From positions 104,594,001 to 104,658,000 of the forward strand of contig JBNRSN020000013.1 in assembly GCA_051313645.2 (NCBI GenBank): a DNA stretch of 64,000 nt. Direction: 5' to 3'. Below are positions 13,001 through 28,000 of the stretch, in pieces; positions within the stretch are counted from its first letter, which is position 1, and each line of letters starts with the position of its first letter. Origin of the DNA: Centroscyllium fabricii (taxonomy: Eukaryota). The translations under genes were made by a program, and so were the position numbers. Below the pieces are notes generated by a model. That model was given only the letters and a program-made list of their open reading frames with translations. It had not been told where the DNA came from and searched no databases.

Positions 13001-16000
13001 GTCTAGCGCCCCGCTCTCAGTGTCTAACGCCCAGCTCTCTGTGTCTAACGCCCCGCTCTCAGTGTCTAACGCCCCACTCTCTGTGTCTAGCGCTCCGCTC
13101 TCTGTGTCTAACGCCCCGCTCTCTGTGTCTAACGACCCGCTCTCTGTTTCTAGCGCTCCGCTCTCTGTGCCTAACGCCCCGCTCTCTGTGTCTAGCGCCC
13201 CGCTCTCAGTGTCTAACGCCCAGCTCTCTGTGTCTAACGCCCCGCTCTCTGTGTCTAACGCCCTGCTCTCTTTGTCTAACGCTCCGCTCTCTGTGTCTAA
13301 CGCCCCGCTCTCTGTGTCTAACGACCCGCTCTCTGTTTCTAGCGCTCCGCTCTCTGTGTCAAACGCCCCGCACTCATTGTCTAACACTGGGCTCTCTGTG
13401 TCTAACGCCCCGCTCTCTGTGTCTAATGCCCCGCTCTCTGTGTCTAATGCTCCGCTCTCTGTGTCTAACGCTCCGCTCTCTGTGTCTAACGCTCCGCTCT
13501 CTGTGTCTAACGCTCCGCTCTCTGTGTCTAACGCACTGCTCTCTGTGTCTAACGCCCCGCCCTCTGTGTCTAACGACCCGCTCTCTGTTTCTAGCGCTCC
13601 GCTCTCTGTGTCAAACGCCCCGCACCCATTGTCTAACGCTGGGCTCTCTGTGTCTAACGCCCCGCTCTCTGTGTCTAATGCCACGCTCTCTGTGTCTAAC
13701 GCTCCGCTCTCTGTGTCTAACGCTCCGCTCTCTGTGTCTAACGCTCTGCTCTCTGTGTCTAACGCCCCGCTCTCTGTGTCTAACGCCCCGCTCTGTGTTT
13801 AGCGCCTCACTCTCTGCGGGTAGCGCCCCGCTCTCTGCAAGTAGCTCCCCGCTCTCTGTGTCTAACGCTCCGCTCTCTGTGTCTAACGAATCGCCCTCTG
13901 TGTCTAGTGCCCCGCTCTCTGTGTCTAACGCCCCGCTCTCTGTATCTAACGCCCTGCTCTCTGTGTCTAGCGCCCCGCTCTGTGTCTAGCGCCCCGCTCT
14001 GTGTCTAGCGCCACTCAGTGTCTAGCGTGCCGCTCTCTGTGTCTAGCGCCCCGCTCTCTGTGTATAGCGCCCCGCTCTCTGTGTCTAGAGCCCCACTCTC
14101 TGTGTCTAACGCCCCGCTCTCTGTGTCTAACGCCCCGCTCTCTGTGTCTAACGCCACGCTCTCTGTGTCTAACGCCCCGCTCCCTGTGTCTAACGCCCCG
14201 CTCTCTGTGTCTAATGCTCCGCTCTCTGTGTCTAACGCCCCGCTCTCTGTGTCTAATGACCCGCTCTTTGTGTCTAACGCCCCGCTCTCTGTGTCTAACG
14301 CCCCGCTCTCTGTGTCTAACGCCCCGCTCTCTGTGCCTAACGCACTGCTCTCTGTGTCTAGCGCCCCGCTCTGTGTCTAGCGCCCCGCTCTGGGTCCGGC
14401 GCCGCACAGTGTCTAGCGTCCCGCTCTCTGCGTCTAGCGCCCCGCTCTCAGTGTCTAGCGCCCCGCTCTCAGTGTTTAGCGCCCCGCTCTCATTGTCTAG
14501 CGCCCCGCTCTCTGTGTCTAACGCCCCGCTCTCAGTGTCTAGCGCCCCGCTCTCTGTGTCTAGCGCCCCGCTCTCTGTGTCTAGCGCCCCGCTCTCTGTG
14601 TCTAGCGCCCCGTCTCTGTGTCTAGCGCCCCGCTCTCTGTGTCTAGCGCTCCACTCTCAGTGTCTAACGCCCTGCTCTCAGTGTCTAACGCTGCGCTCTC
14701 TGTGTCTAAAGTCCCGCTCTCTGTGCCTAACGCCCCGCTCTCTTTGTCCAGCGCTCCGCTCTCTGGGTCTAACGCCCCACTCTCTGTGTCTAGCGCCCCG
14801 CTTTCAGTGTCTAGCGCACCGCTCTCAGTGTCTAGCGCCCCGTTCTGTGTCTAGCGCCCCGCTCTCAGTGTCTAGAACCCCGTTCTGTGTTTAGCGCCTC
14901 ACTCTCTGCGGGTAGCGCCCCGCTCTCTGCAAGTAGCTCCCCGCTCTCTGTGTCTAACGCTCCGCTCTCTGTGTCTAACGAATCGCCCTCTGTGTCTAGT
15001 GCCCCGCTCTCTGTGTCTAACGCCCCGCTCTCTGTATCTAACGCCCTGCTCTCTGTGTCTAGCGCCCCGCTCTGTGTCTAGCGCCCTGCTCTGTGACTAG
15101 CGCCACTCAGTGTCTAGCGTGCCGCTCTCTGTGTCTAGCGCCCCGCTCTCTGTGTATAGCGCCCCGCTCTCTGTGTCTAGAGCCCCACTCTCTGTGTCTA
15201 ACGCCCCGCTCTCTGTGTCTAACGCCCCGCTCACTGTGTCTAACGCCACGCTCTCTGTGTCTAACGCCCCGCTCCCTGTGTCTAACGCCCCGCTCTCTGT
15301 GTCTAATGCTCCGCTCTCTGTGTCTAACGCCCCGCTCTCTGTGTCTAACGCCCCGCTCTCTGTGCCTAACGCACTGCTCTCTGTGTCTAGCGCCCCGCTC
15401 TGTGTCTAGCGCCCCGCTCTGTGTCCGGCGCCGCACAGTGTCTAGCGTCCCGCTCTCTGCGTCTAGCGCCCCGCTCTCTGTGTCTAGCGCCCCGCTCTCA
15501 GTGTTTAGCGCCCCGCTCTCAGTGTCTAGCGCCCCGCTCTCTGTGTCTAACGCCCCGCTCTCAGTGTCTAGCGCCCCGCTCTCTGTGTCTAGCGCCCCGC
15601 TCTCTGTGTCTAGCGCCCCGCTCTCTGTGTCTAGCGCCCCGTCTCTGTGTCTAGCGCCCCGCTCTCTGTGTCTAGCGCTCCACTCTCAGTGTCTAACGCC
15701 CTGCTCTCAGTGTCTAACGCTGCGCTGTCTGTGTCTAAAGTCCCGCTCTCTGTGCCTAACGCCCCGCTCTCTTTGTCCAGCGCTCCGCTCTCTGGGTCTA
15801 ACGCCCTACTCTCTGTGTCTAGCGCCCCGCTTTCAGTGTCTAACGCCCCGCTCTCTGTGTCTAGCGCTCCGCTCTCTGTGTCTAACACTACGCTCTCTGT
15901 GTCTAACGCCCCGCTCTCTGTGTCTAGAGCCCCGCTCTCTGTGTCAAACGCCCCACTCTCTGTGTCTAACGCCCCGCTCTCTGTGTCTAACGCTCCACTC

Positions 16001-19000
16001 TCTGTGTCTAGAGCCCCGCTCTCTGTGTCAAACGCCCCGCTCTCTGTGTCTAACGTTGCACTCTCAGTGTCTAACGCCCCAGCCTCTGTGCCTAACGCCC
16101 CGCTCTCTGTGTCTAGCGCCCCGCTCTCAGTGTCTAACGCCCAGCTCTGTGTCTAACGCCCCGCTCTCAGTGTCTAACGCCCCACTCTCTGTGTCTAGCG
16201 CTCCGCTCTCTGTGTCTAACGCCCCGCTCTCTGTGTCTAACGCCCCGCTCTCTGTGTCTAACGACCCGCTCTCTGTGTCTAACGCTCCGCTCTCTTTGTC
16301 TAACGCCCTGCTCTCTGTGTCTAACGCCCCGCTCTCTGTGTCTAACGACCCGCTCTCTGTTTCTAGCGCTCCGCTCTCTGTGTCAAACGCCCCGCACTCA
16401 TTGTCTAACGCTGGGCTCTCTGTGTCTAACGCCCCGCTCTCTGTGTCTAATGCCCCGCTCTCTGTGTCTAACGCTCCGCTCTCTGTGTCTAACGCTCCGC
16501 TCTCTGTGTCTAACGCTCCGCTCTCTGTGTCTAACGCTCCGCTCTCTGTGTCTAACGACCCGCTCTCTGTTTCTAGCGCTCCGCTCTCTGTGTCAAACGC
16601 CCCGCACTCATTGTCTAACGCTGGGCTCTCTGTGTCTAACGCCCCGCTCTCTGTGTCTAATGCCCCGCTCTCTGTGTCTAACGCTCCGCTCTCTGTGTCT
16701 AACGCTCCGCTCTCTGTGTCTAACACCCCGCTCTCTGTGTCTAACGCCCCGCTCTCTGTGTCTAGAGCCCCGCTCTCTGTGTCTAACGCCCCGCTCTCTG
16801 TGTCTAACGCCCAGCTCTCAGTGTCTAACGCCCCGCTCTCAGTGTCTAGCGCACCGCTCTCTGTGTCTAGCGCCCCGTTCTGTGTCTAGCGCCCCGCTCT
16901 CAGTGTCTAGAACCCCGTTCTGTGTTTAGCGCCTCACTCTCTGCGGGTAGCGCCCCGCTCTCTGCAAGTAGCTCCCCGCTCTCTGTGTATAACGCTCCGC
17001 TCTCTGTGTCTAACGAATCGCCCTCTGTGTCTAGTGCCCCGCTCTCTGTGTCTAACGTCCCGCTCTCTGTATCTAACGCCCTGCTCTCTGTGTCTAGCGC
17101 CCCGCTCTGTGTCTAGCGCCCCGCTCTGTGTCTAGCACCACTCAGTGTCTAGCGTGCCGCTCTCTGTGTCTAGCGCCCCGCTCTCTGTGTCTAGCGCCCC
17201 GCTCTGTGTCTAGCGCCCCGCTCTGTGTGTCTAGAGCCCCACTCTCTGTGTCTAACGCCCCGCTCTCTGTGTCTAACGCCCCGCTCTCTGTGTCTAGGGC
17301 TCCGCTCTCTGTGTCTAGGGCTCCGCTCTCTGTGTCTAACGCCCAGCTCTCTGTGTCTAACGCTCCGCTCTCTGTGTCTAGCGCCCCGCTCTCAGTGTCT
17401 AACGCCCAGCTCTCTGTATCTAACGCCCCGCTCTCAGTGTCTAGCGCACCGCTCTCAGTGTCTAGCGCCACATTCTGTGTCTAGCGCCCCGCTCTCAGTG
17501 TCTAGCACCCCGTTCTGTGTTTAGCGCCTCACTCTCTGCGGGTAGCACCCCGCTCTCTGCAAGTAGCTCCCCGCTCTCTGTGTCTAACACTCCGCTCTCT
17601 GTGTCTAACGAATCGCTCTCTGTGTCTAGCGCCCCGCTCTCTGTGTCTAACGCCCCGCTCTCTGTGTCTAACGCCCCGCTCTCTGTGTCTAACGCCCCGC
17701 TCTCTGTGTCTAACGCCCCGCTCTCTGTGTCTAGGGCCCCGCTCTCTGTGTCTGGGGCCCCGCTCTCTGTGTCTAACGCTCCGCTCTCTGTGTCTAACGC
17801 CCCGCTCTCTGTGTCTAACGCCCCGCTCTCTGTGTCTAACGCTCCGCTCTCTATGTCTAACGCCCCGCTCTCTGTGTCTAACGCTCCGCTCTCTGTGTCT
17901 AACGCTCCGCTCTCTGTGTCTAACGCCCCGCTCTCTGTGTCTAGGGCCCCGCTCTCTGTGTCTAACGCTCCACTCTCTGTGTCTAACTCCCCGCTCTCTG
18001 TGTCTAACGCTCCACTCACTGTGTCTAGCGCCCCGCTCTGTGTCTAGCGTCCCACTCTCAGTGTCTAGCGCCCCACTCTCTGTGTCTAGCGCCCCGCTCT
18101 CTGTGTCTTGCGCCCCGCTCTCAGTGTCTAGCACCCCACTCCCTGTGACTAGCGCCCCGCTCTCTGTGTCTAGAGCCCCACTCTGTGTCTAACGCCCTGC
18201 TCTCAGTGTCTAATGCTCCGCTCTCTGTGTCTAACGCCCCACTCTCTGTTTCTAACGTTCCGCTCTCTGTCTCTAACGCCCCACTCTCTGTTTCTAACGC
18301 TCTGCTCTCTGTGTCAAACGCCCCACTCTCTGTGTCTAGCGCTCCACTCTGTGTCTAACGCCCCGCTCTCTGTGTCTAACGCCCCGCTCTCTGTGTCTAA
18401 CGCCCCGCTCTCTTTGTCTAACGCTCCGCTCTCTTTGTCTAACGCTCCGCTCTCTGTGTCTAACGACCCGCTCTCTGTGTCTAACGCTCCGCTCTCTGTA
18501 TCTAACGCCCCGCTCTCTGTATCTAATGCCCCGCTCTCTGTGTCTAACGCCCCGCTCTCTGTGTCTAACGCCACGCTCTCTGTGTCTAACGCCCCTATCT
18601 CTGTGTCTAACGCCCCGCTCTCTGTGTCTAACGACCCGCTCTCTGTGTCTAACTCCCCGCTCTCTGTGTCTAATGACCCACTCTCTGTGTCTAACGACCC
18701 ACTCTCTGTGTCTAACGCTCCGCTCTCTGTATCTAACGCCCTGCTCTCTGTGTCTAACGCCCCGCTCTCTGTGTCTAACGCCCCGCTCTCTGTGTCTAAC
18801 GCCACGCTCTCTGTGTCTAACGCCCCACTCTCTGTCTAACGCCCCACTCTCTGTGTCTAATGACCCACTCTCTGTGTCTAACGCCCCGCTCTCTGTGTCT
18901 GACGCCCCGCTCTCTGTGTCTAGCGCTCCGCTCTCTGTGTCTAACACTACGCTCTCTGTGTCTAACGCCCTGCTCTCTTTGTCTAACGCTCCGCTCTCTG

Positions 19001-22000
19001 TGTCTAACGCCCCGCTCTCTGTGTCTAACGCCCCGCTCTCTGTGTCTAACGCTCCGCTCTCTGTGTCTAACGCCCCGCTCTCTGTGTCTAACGCCCCGCT
19101 CTCTGTGTCTAACGCTCCGCTCTCTATGTCTAACGCCCCGCTCTCTGTGTCTAACGCTCCGCTCTCTGTGTCTAACGCTCCGCTCTCTGTGTCTAACGCC
19201 CCGCTCTCTGTGTCTAGGGCCCCGCTCTCTGTGTCTAACGCTCCACTCTCTGTGTCTAACTCCCCGCTCTCTGTGTCTAACGCTCCACTCACTGTGTCTA
19301 GCGCCCCGCTCTGTGTCTAGCGTCCCGCTCTCAGTGTCTAGCGCCCCACTCTCTGTGTCTAGCGCCCCGCTCTCTGTGTCTTGCGCCCCGCTCTCAGTGT
19401 CTAGCACCCCACTCCCTGTGACTAGCGCCCCGCTCTCTGTGTCTAGAGCCCCACTCTGTGTCTAACGCCCTGCTCTCAGTGTCTAATGCTCCGCTCTCTG
19501 TGTCTAACGCCCCACTCTCTGTTTCTAACGTTCCGCTCTCTGTCTCTAACGCCCCACTCTCTGTTTCTAACGCTCTGCTCTCTGTGTCAAACGCCCCACT
19601 CTCTGTGTCTAGCGCTCCACTCTGTGTCTAACGCCCCGCTCTCTGTGTCTAACGCCCCGCTCTCTGTGTCTAACGCCCCGCTCTCTTTGTCTAACGCTCC
19701 GCTCTCTTTGTCTAACGCTCCGCTCTCTGTGTCTAACGACCCGCTCTCTGTGTCTAACGCTCCGCTCTCTGTATCTAACGCCCCGCTCTCTGTATCTAAT
19801 GCCCCGCTCTCTGTGTCTAACGCCCCGCTCTCTGTGTCTAACGCCACGCTCTCTGTGTCTAACGCCCCTATCTCTGTGTCTAACGCCCCGCTCTCTGTGT
19901 CTAACGACCCGCTCTCTGTGTCTAACTCCCCGCTCTCTGTGTCTAATGACCCACTCTCTGTGTCTAACGACCCACTCTCTGTGTCTAACGCTCCGCTCTC
20001 TGTATCTAACGCCCTGCTCTCTGTGTCTAACGCCCCGCTCTCTGTGTCTAACGCCCCGCTCTCTGTGTCTAACGCCACGCTCTCTGTGTCTAACGCCCCA
20101 CTCTCTGTCTAACGCCCCACTCTCTGTGTCTAATGACCCGCTCTCTGTGTCTCACGCCCCGCTCTCTGTGTCTGACGCCCCGCTCTCTGTGTCTAGCGCT
20201 CCGCTCTCTGTGTCTAACACTACGCTCTCTGTGTCTAACGCCCTGCTCTCTTTGTCTAACGCTCCGCTCTCTGTGTCTAACGCCCCGCTCTCTGTGTCTA
20301 ACGCCCCGCTCTCTGTGTCTAGAGCCCCGCTCTCTGTGTCAAACGCCCCACTCTCTGTGTCTAACGCCCCGCTCTGTGTGTCTAACGCTCCACTCTCTGT
20401 GTCTAGAGCCCCGCTCTCTGTGTCAAACGCCCCGCTCTCTGTGTCTAACGTTCCACTCTCAGTGTCTAACGCCCCAGCCTCTGTGCCTAACGCCCCGCTC
20501 TCTGTGTCTAGCGCCCCGCTCTCAGTGTCTAACGCCCAGCTCTGTGTCTAACGCCCCGCTCTCAGTGTCTAACGCCCCACTCTCTGTGTCTAGCGCTCCG
20601 CTCTCTGTGTCTAACGCCCCGCTCTCTGTGTCTAACGCCCCGCTCTCTGTGTCTAACGACCCGCTCTCTGTGTCTAACGCTCCGCTCTCTTTGTCTAACG
20701 CCCTGCTCTCTGTGTCTAACGCCCCGCTCTCTGTGTCTAACGACACGCTCTCTGTTTCTAGCGCTCCGCTCTCTGTGTCAAACGCCCCGCACTCATTGTC
20801 TAACGCTGGGCTCTCTGTGTCTAATGCCCCGCTCTCTGTGTCTAATGCCCCGCTCTCTGTGTCTAACGCTCCGCTCTCTGTGTCTAACGCTCCGCTCTCT
20901 GTGTCTAACGCTCCGCTCTCTGTGTCTAACGCTCCGCTCTCTGTGTCTAACGACCCGCTCTCTGTGTCTAACGACCCGCTCTCTGTTTCTAGCGCTCCGC
21001 TCTCTGTGTCAAACGCCCCGCACTCATTGTCTAACGCTGGGCTCTCTGTGTCTAACGCCCCGCTCTCTGTGTCTAATGCCCCGCTCTCTGTGTCTAACGC
21101 TCCGCTCTCTGTGTCTAACGCTCCGCTCTCTGTGTCTAACGCTCCGCTCTCTGTGTCTAACGCTCCGCTCTCTGTGTCTAACGACCCGCTCTCTGTGTCT
21201 AACGACCCGCTCTCTGTTTCTAGCGCTCCGCTCTCTGTGTCAAACGCCCCGCACTCATTGTCTAACGCTGGGCTCCCTGTGTCTAACGCCCCGCTCTCTG
21301 TGTCTAATGCCCCGCTCTCTGTGTCTAACGCTCCGCTCTCTGTGTCTAACGCTCCGCTCTCTGTGTCTAACGCCCCGCTCTCTGTGTCTAACGCCCCGCT
21401 CTCTGTGTCTAGAGCCCCGCTCTCTGTGTCTAACGCCCCGCTCTCTGTGTCTAACGCCCAGCTCTCAGTGTCTAACGCCCCGCTCTCAGTGTCTAGCGCA
21501 CCGCTCTCAGTGTCTAGCGCCCCGTTCTGTGTCTAGCGCCCCGCTCTCAGTGTCTAGAACCCCGTTCTGTGTTTAGCGCCTCACTCTCTGCGGGTAGCGC
21601 CCCGCTCTCTGCAAGTAGCTCCCCGCTCTCTGTGTCTAACGCTCCGCTCTCTGTGTCTAACGAATCGCCCTCTGTGTCTAGTGCCCCGCTCTCTGTGTCT
21701 AACGTCCCGCTCTCTGTATCTAACGCCCTGCTCTCTGTGTCTAGCGCCCCGCTCTGTGTCTAGCGCCCCGCTCTGTGTCTAGCGCCACTCAGTGTCTAGC
21801 GTGCCGCTCTCTGTGTCTAGCGCCTCGCTCTCTGTGTCTAGCGCCCCGCTCTGTGTCTAGCGCCCCGCTCTGTGTGTCTAGAGCCCCACTCTCTGTGTCT
21901 AACGCCCCGCTCTCTGTGTCTAACGCCCCGCTCTCTGTGTCTAGGGCTCCGCTCTCTGTGTCTAACGCCCAGCTCTCTGTGTCTAACGCTCCGCTCTCTG

Positions 22001-25000
22001 TGTCTAGCGCCCCGCTCTCAGTGTCTAACGCCCAGCTCTCTGTATCTAACGCCCCGCTCTCAGTGTCTAGCGCACCGCTCCCAGTGTCTAGCGCCACATT
22101 CTGTGTCTAGCGCCCCGCTCTCAGTGTCTAGCACCCCGTTCTGTGTTTAGCGCCTCACTCTCTGCGGGTAGCACCCCGCTCTCTGCAAGTAGCTCCCCGC
22201 TCTCTGTGTCTAACGCTCCGCTCTCTGTGTCTAACGAATCGCTCTCTGTGTCTAGCGCCCCGCTCTCTGTGTCTAACGCCCCGCTCTCTGTGTCTAACGC
22301 CCCGCTCTCTGTGTCTAACGCCCCGCTCTCTGTGTCTAGGGCCCCGCTCTCTGTGTCTGAGGCCCCGCTCTCTGTGTCTAACGCTCCGCTCTCTGTGTCT
22401 AACGCCCCGCTCTCTGTGTCTAACGCCCCGCTCTCTGTGTCTAACGCTCCGCTCTCTATGTCTAACGCCCCGCTCTCTGTGTCTAACGCTCCGCACTCTG
22501 TGTCTAACGCTCCGCTCTCTGTGTCTAACGCCCCGCTCTCTGTGTCTAGGGCCCCGCTCTCTGTGTCTAACGCTCCACTCTCTGTGTCTAACTCCCCGCT
22601 CTCTGTGTCTAACGCTCCGCTCACTGTGTCTAGCGCCCCGCTCTGTGTCTAGCGTCCCGCTCTCAGTGTCTAGCGCCCCACTCTCTGTGTCTAGCGCCCC
22701 GCTCTCTGTGTCTAGCGCCCCGCTCTCAGTGTCTAGCACCCCACTCCCTGTGTCTAGCGCCCCGCTCTCTGTGTCTAGAGCCCCACTCTGTGTCTAACGC
22801 CCTGCTCTCAGTGTCTAATGCTCCGCTCTCTGTGTCTAACGCCCCACTCTCTGTTTCTAACGCTCCGCTCTCTGTGTCTAACGCCCCACTCTCTGTTTCT
22901 AACGCTCTGCTCTCTGTGTCAAACGCCCCACTCTCTGTGTCTAGCGCTCCACTCTGTGTCTAACGCCCCGCTCTCTGTGTCTAACGCCCCGCTCTCTGTG
23001 TCTAACGCCCCGCTCTCTTTGTCTAACGCTCCGCTCTCTTTGTCTAACGCTCCGCTCTCTGTGTCTAACGACCCGCTCTCTGTGTCTAACGCTCCGCTCT
23101 CTGTATCTAACGCCCCGCTCTCTGTGTCTAATGCCCTGCTCTCTGTGTCTAACGCCCCGCTCTCTGTGTCTAACGCCACGCTCTCTGTGTCTAACGCCCC
23201 TCTCTCTGTGTCTAACGCCCCGCTCTCTGTGTCTAACGACCCGCTCTCTGTGTCTAACGCCCCGCTCTCTGTGTCTAACGACCCACTCTCTGTGTCTAAC
23301 GACCCGCTCTCTGTGTCTAACGCTCCGCTCTCTGTACCTAACGCCCTGCTCTCTGTGTCTAACGCCCCGCTCTCTGTGTCTAACGCCCCGCTCTCTGTGT
23401 CTAACGCCACGCTCTCTGTGTCTAACGCTCCACTCTCTCTCTAACGCCCCACTCTCTGTGTCTAATGACCCGCTCTCTGTGTCTAACGCCCCGCTCTCTG
23501 TGTCTGACGCCCCGCTCTCTGTGTCTAACGCCCCTCTCTCTGTGTCTAACGCCCCGCTCTCTGTGTCTAACGCCCCGCTCTCTGTGCCTAACGCACTGCT
23601 CTCTGTGTCTAGTGCCCCGCTCTGTGTCTAGCGCCCCGCTCTGTGTCCGGCGCCGCTCAGTGTCTAGCGTCCCGCTCTCTGCGTCTAGCGCCCCGCTCTC
23701 TGTGTCTAGCGCCCCGCTCTCAGTGTTTAGCACCCCGCTCTCAGTGTCTAGCGCCCCGCTCTCTGTGTCTAACGCCCCGCTCTCAGTGTCTAGCGCCCCG
23801 CTCTCTGTGTCTAGCGCCCCGCTCTCTGTGTCTAGCGCCCCGTCTCTGTGTCTAGCGCCCCGCTCTCTGTGTCTAGCGCTCCACTCTCAGTGTCTAACGC
23901 CCTGCTCTCAGTGTCTAAAGCTGCGCTCTCTGTGTCTAACGCTCCGCTCTCTGTATCTAACGCCCCGCTCTCTGTGTCTAACGCCCCGCTCTCTGTGTCT
24001 AACGCCCCGCTCTCTGTGTCTAGCGCCCCGCTCTGTGTCTAGCGCCCCGCTCTGTGTCCGGCGCCGCACAGTGTCTAGCGTCCCGCTCTCTGCGTCTAGC
24101 GCCCCGCTCTCTGTGTCTAGCGCCCCGCTCTCAGTGTTTAGCGCCCCGCTCTCAGTGTCTAGCGCCCCGCTCTCTGTGTCTAACGCCCCGCTCTCAGTGT
24201 CTAGCGCCCCGCTCTCTGTGTCTAGCGCCCCGCTCTCTGTGTCTAGCGCCCCGCTCTCTGTGTCTAGCGCCCCGTCTCTGTGTCTAGCGCCCCGCTCTCT
24301 GTGTCTAGCGCTCCACTCTCAGTGTCTAACGCCCTGCTCTCAGTGTCTAACGCTGCGCTCTCTGTGTCTAAAGCCCCGCTCTCTGTGCCTAACGCCCCGC
24401 TCTCTTTGTCCAGCGCTCCGCTCTCTGGGTCTAACGCCCCACTCTCTGTGTCTAGCGCCCCGCTTTCAGTGTCTAACGCCCCGCTCTCTGTGTCTAGCGC
24501 TCCGCTCTCTGTGTCTAACACTACGCTCTCTGTGTCTAACGCCCTGCTCTCTTTGTCTAACGCTCCGCTCTCTGTGTCTAACGCCCCGCTCTCTGTGTCT
24601 AACGCCCCGCTCTCTGTGTCTAGAGCCCCGCTCTCTGTGTCAAACGCCCCACTCTCTGTGTCTAACGCCCCGCTCTCTGTGTCTAACGCACCACTCTCTG
24701 TGTCTAGTGCCCCGCTCTCTGTGTCAAACGCCCCGCTCACTGTGTCTAACGTTCCACTCTCAGTGTCTAACGCCCCACCCTCTGTGCCTAACGCCCCGCT
24801 CTCTGTGTCTAGCGCCCCGCTCTCAGTGTCTAATGCCCAGCTCTCTGTGTCTAACGCCCCGCTCTCAGTGTCTAACGCCCCACTCTCTGTGTCTAGCGCT
24901 CCGCTCTCTGTGTCTAACGCCCCGCTCTCTGTGTCTAACGCCCTGCTCTCTTTGTCTAACGCTCCGCTCTCTGTGTCTAACGCCCCGCTCTCTGTGTCTA

Positions 25001-28000
25001 ACGCCCCGCTCTCTGTGTCTAACGCCACGCTCTCTGTGTCTAACGCCCCACTCTCTGTCTAACGCCCCACTCTCTGTGTCTAATGACACGCTCTCTGTGT
25101 CTAACGCCCCGTTCTCTGTGTCTAACGCCCCGCTCTCTGTGCCTAACGCACTGCTCTCTGTGCCTAGCGCCCCGCTCTGTGTCTAGCGCCCCGCTCTGTG
25201 TCCGGCGCCGCTCAGTGTCTAGCGTCCCGCTCTCTGCGTCTAGCGCCCAGCTCTCTGTGTCTAGCGCCCCGCTCTCAGTGTTTAGCACCCCGCTCTCAGT
25301 GTCTAGCGCCCCGCTCTCTGTGTCTAACGCCCCGCTTTCAGTGTCTAGCGCCCCGCTCTCTGTGTCTAGCGCCCCGCTCTCTGTGTCTAGCACCCCGTCT
25401 CTGTGTCTAGCGCCCCGCTCTCTGTGTCTAGCGCTCCACTCTCAGTGTCTAACGCCCTGCTCTCAGTGTCTAACGCTGCGCTCTCTGTGTCTAACGCTCC
25501 GCTCTCTGTATCTAACGCCCCGCTCTCTGTGTCTAACGCCCCGCTCTCTGTGTCTAACGCCCCGCTCTCTGTGTCTAGCGCCCCGCTCTGTGTCTAGCGC
25601 CCCGCTCTGTGTCCGGCGCCGCACAGTGTCTAGCGTCCCGCTCTCTGCGTCTAGCGCCCCGCTCTCTGTGTCTAGCGCCCCGCTCTCAGTGTTTAGCGCC
25701 CCGCTCTCAGTGTCTAGCAGCCCGCTCTCTGTGTCTAACGCCCCGCTCTCAGTGTCTAGCGCCCCGCAATCTGTGTCTAGCGCCCCGCTCTCTGTGTCTA
25801 GCGCCCCGCTCTCTGTGTCTAGCGCCCCGTCTCTGTGTCTAGCGCCCCGCTCTCTGTGTCTAGCGCTCCACTCTCAGTGTCTAACGCCCTGCTCTCAGTG
25901 TCTAACGCTGCGCTCTCTGTGTCTAAAGCCCCGCTCTCTGTGCCTAACGCCCCGCTCTCTTTGTCCAGCGCTCCGCTCTCTGGGTCTAACGCCCCACTCT
26001 CTGTGTCTAGCGCCCCGCTTTCAGTGTCTAACGCCCCGCTCTCTGTGTCTAGCGCTCCGCTCTCTGTGTCTAACACTACGCTCTCTGTGTCTAACGCCCT
26101 GCTCTCTTTGTCTAACGTTCCGCTCTCTGTGTCTAACGCCCCGCTCTCTGTGTCTAACGCCCCGCTCTCTGTGTCTAGAGCCCCGCTCTCTGTGTCAAAC
26201 GCCCCACTCTCTGTGTCTAACGCCCCGCTCTCTGTGTCTAACGCTCCACTCTCTGTGTCTAGTGCCCCGCTCTCTGTGTCAAACGCCCCGCTCACTGTGT
26301 CTAACGTTCCACTCTCAGTGTCTAACGCCCCACCCTCTGTGCCTAACGCCCCGCTCTCTGTGTCTAGCGCCCCGCTCTCAGTGTCTAACGCCCAGCTCTC
26401 TGTGTCTAACGCCCCGCTCTCAGTGTCTAACGCCCCACTCTCTGTGTCTAGCGCTCCGCTCTCTGTGTCTAACGCCCCGCTCTCTGTGTCTAACGCCCTG
26501 CTCTCTTTGTCTAACGCTCCGCTCTCTGTGTCTAACGCCCCGCTCTCTGTGTCTAACGACACGCTCTCTGTTTCTAGCGCTCCGCTCTCTGTGTCAAACG
26601 CCCCGCACTCATTGTCTAACACTGGGCTCTCTGTGTCTAACGCCCCGCTCTCTGTGTCTAATGCCCCACTCTCTGTGTCTAACGCTCCGCTCTCTGTGTC
26701 TAACGCTCCGCTCTCTGTGTCTAACGCTCCGCTCTCTGTGTCTAACGCTCCGCTCTCTGTGTCTAACGCCCTGCTCTCTGTGTCTAACGCCCCGCTCTCT
26801 GTGTCTAACGACCCGCTCTCTGTTTCTAGCGCTCCGCTCTCTGTGTCAAACGCCCCGCACTCATTGTCTAACGCTGGGCTCTCTGTGTCTAACGCCCCGC
26901 TCTCTGTGTCTAATGTCCCGCTCTCTGTGTCTAACGCTCCGCTCTCTGTGTCTAACGCTCCGCTCTCTGTGTCTAACGCTCCGCTCTCTGTGTCTAACGC
27001 CCCGCTCTCTGTGTCTAACGCCCCGCTCTCTGTGTCTAGAGCCCCGCTCTCTGTGTCTAACGCCCCGCTCTCTGTGTCTAACGCCCAGCTCTCAGTGTCT
27101 AACGCCCCACTCTCGGTGTCTAGCGCACCGCTCTCAGTGTCTAGCGCCCCGTTCTGTGTCTAGCGCCCCGCTCTCAGTGTCTAGAACCCCGTTCTGTGTT
27201 TAGCGCCTCACTCTCTGCGGGTAGCGCCCCGCTCTCTGCAAGTAGCTCCCCGCTCTCTGTGTCTAACGCTCCGCTCTCTGTGTCTAACGAATCGCTCTCT
27301 GTGTCTAGTGCCCCGCTCTCTGTGTCTAACGCCCCGCTCTCTGTATCTAACGCCCTGCTCTCTGTGTCTAGCGCCCCGCTCTGTGTCTAGCGCCCCGCTC
27401 TGTGTCTAGCGCCACTCAGTGTCTAGCGTGCCGCTCTCTGTGTCTAGCGCCCCGCTCTCTGTGTCTAGCGCCCCGCTCTCTGTGTCTAGAGCCCCACTCT
27501 CTGTGTCTAACGCCCCGCTCTCTGTGTCTAACGCCCCGCTCTCTGTGTCTAGGGCTCCGCTCTCTGTGTCTAGGGCTCCGCTCTCTGTGTCTAACGCCCA
27601 GCTCTCTGTGTCTAACGCTCCGCTCTCTGTGTCTAGCGCCCCGCTCTCAGTGTCTAACGCCCAGCTCTCTGTATTTAACGCCCCGCTCTCAGTGTCTAGC
27701 GCACCGCTCTCAGTGTCTAGCGCCCCATTCTGTGTCTAGCGCCCCGCTCTCAGTGTCTAGCACCCCGTTCTGTGTTTAGCGCCTCACTCTCTGCGGGTAG
27801 CGCCCCGCTCTCTGCAAGTAGCTCCCCGCTCTCTGTGTCTAACGCTCCGCTCTCTGTGTCTAACGAATCGCTCTCTGTGTCTAGCGCCCCGCTCTCTGTG
27901 TCTAACGCCCCGCTCTCTGTGTCTAACGCCCCGCTCTCTGTGTCTAACGCCCCGCTCTCTGTGTCTAGGGCCCTGCTCTCTGTGTCTAGGGCCCCGCTCT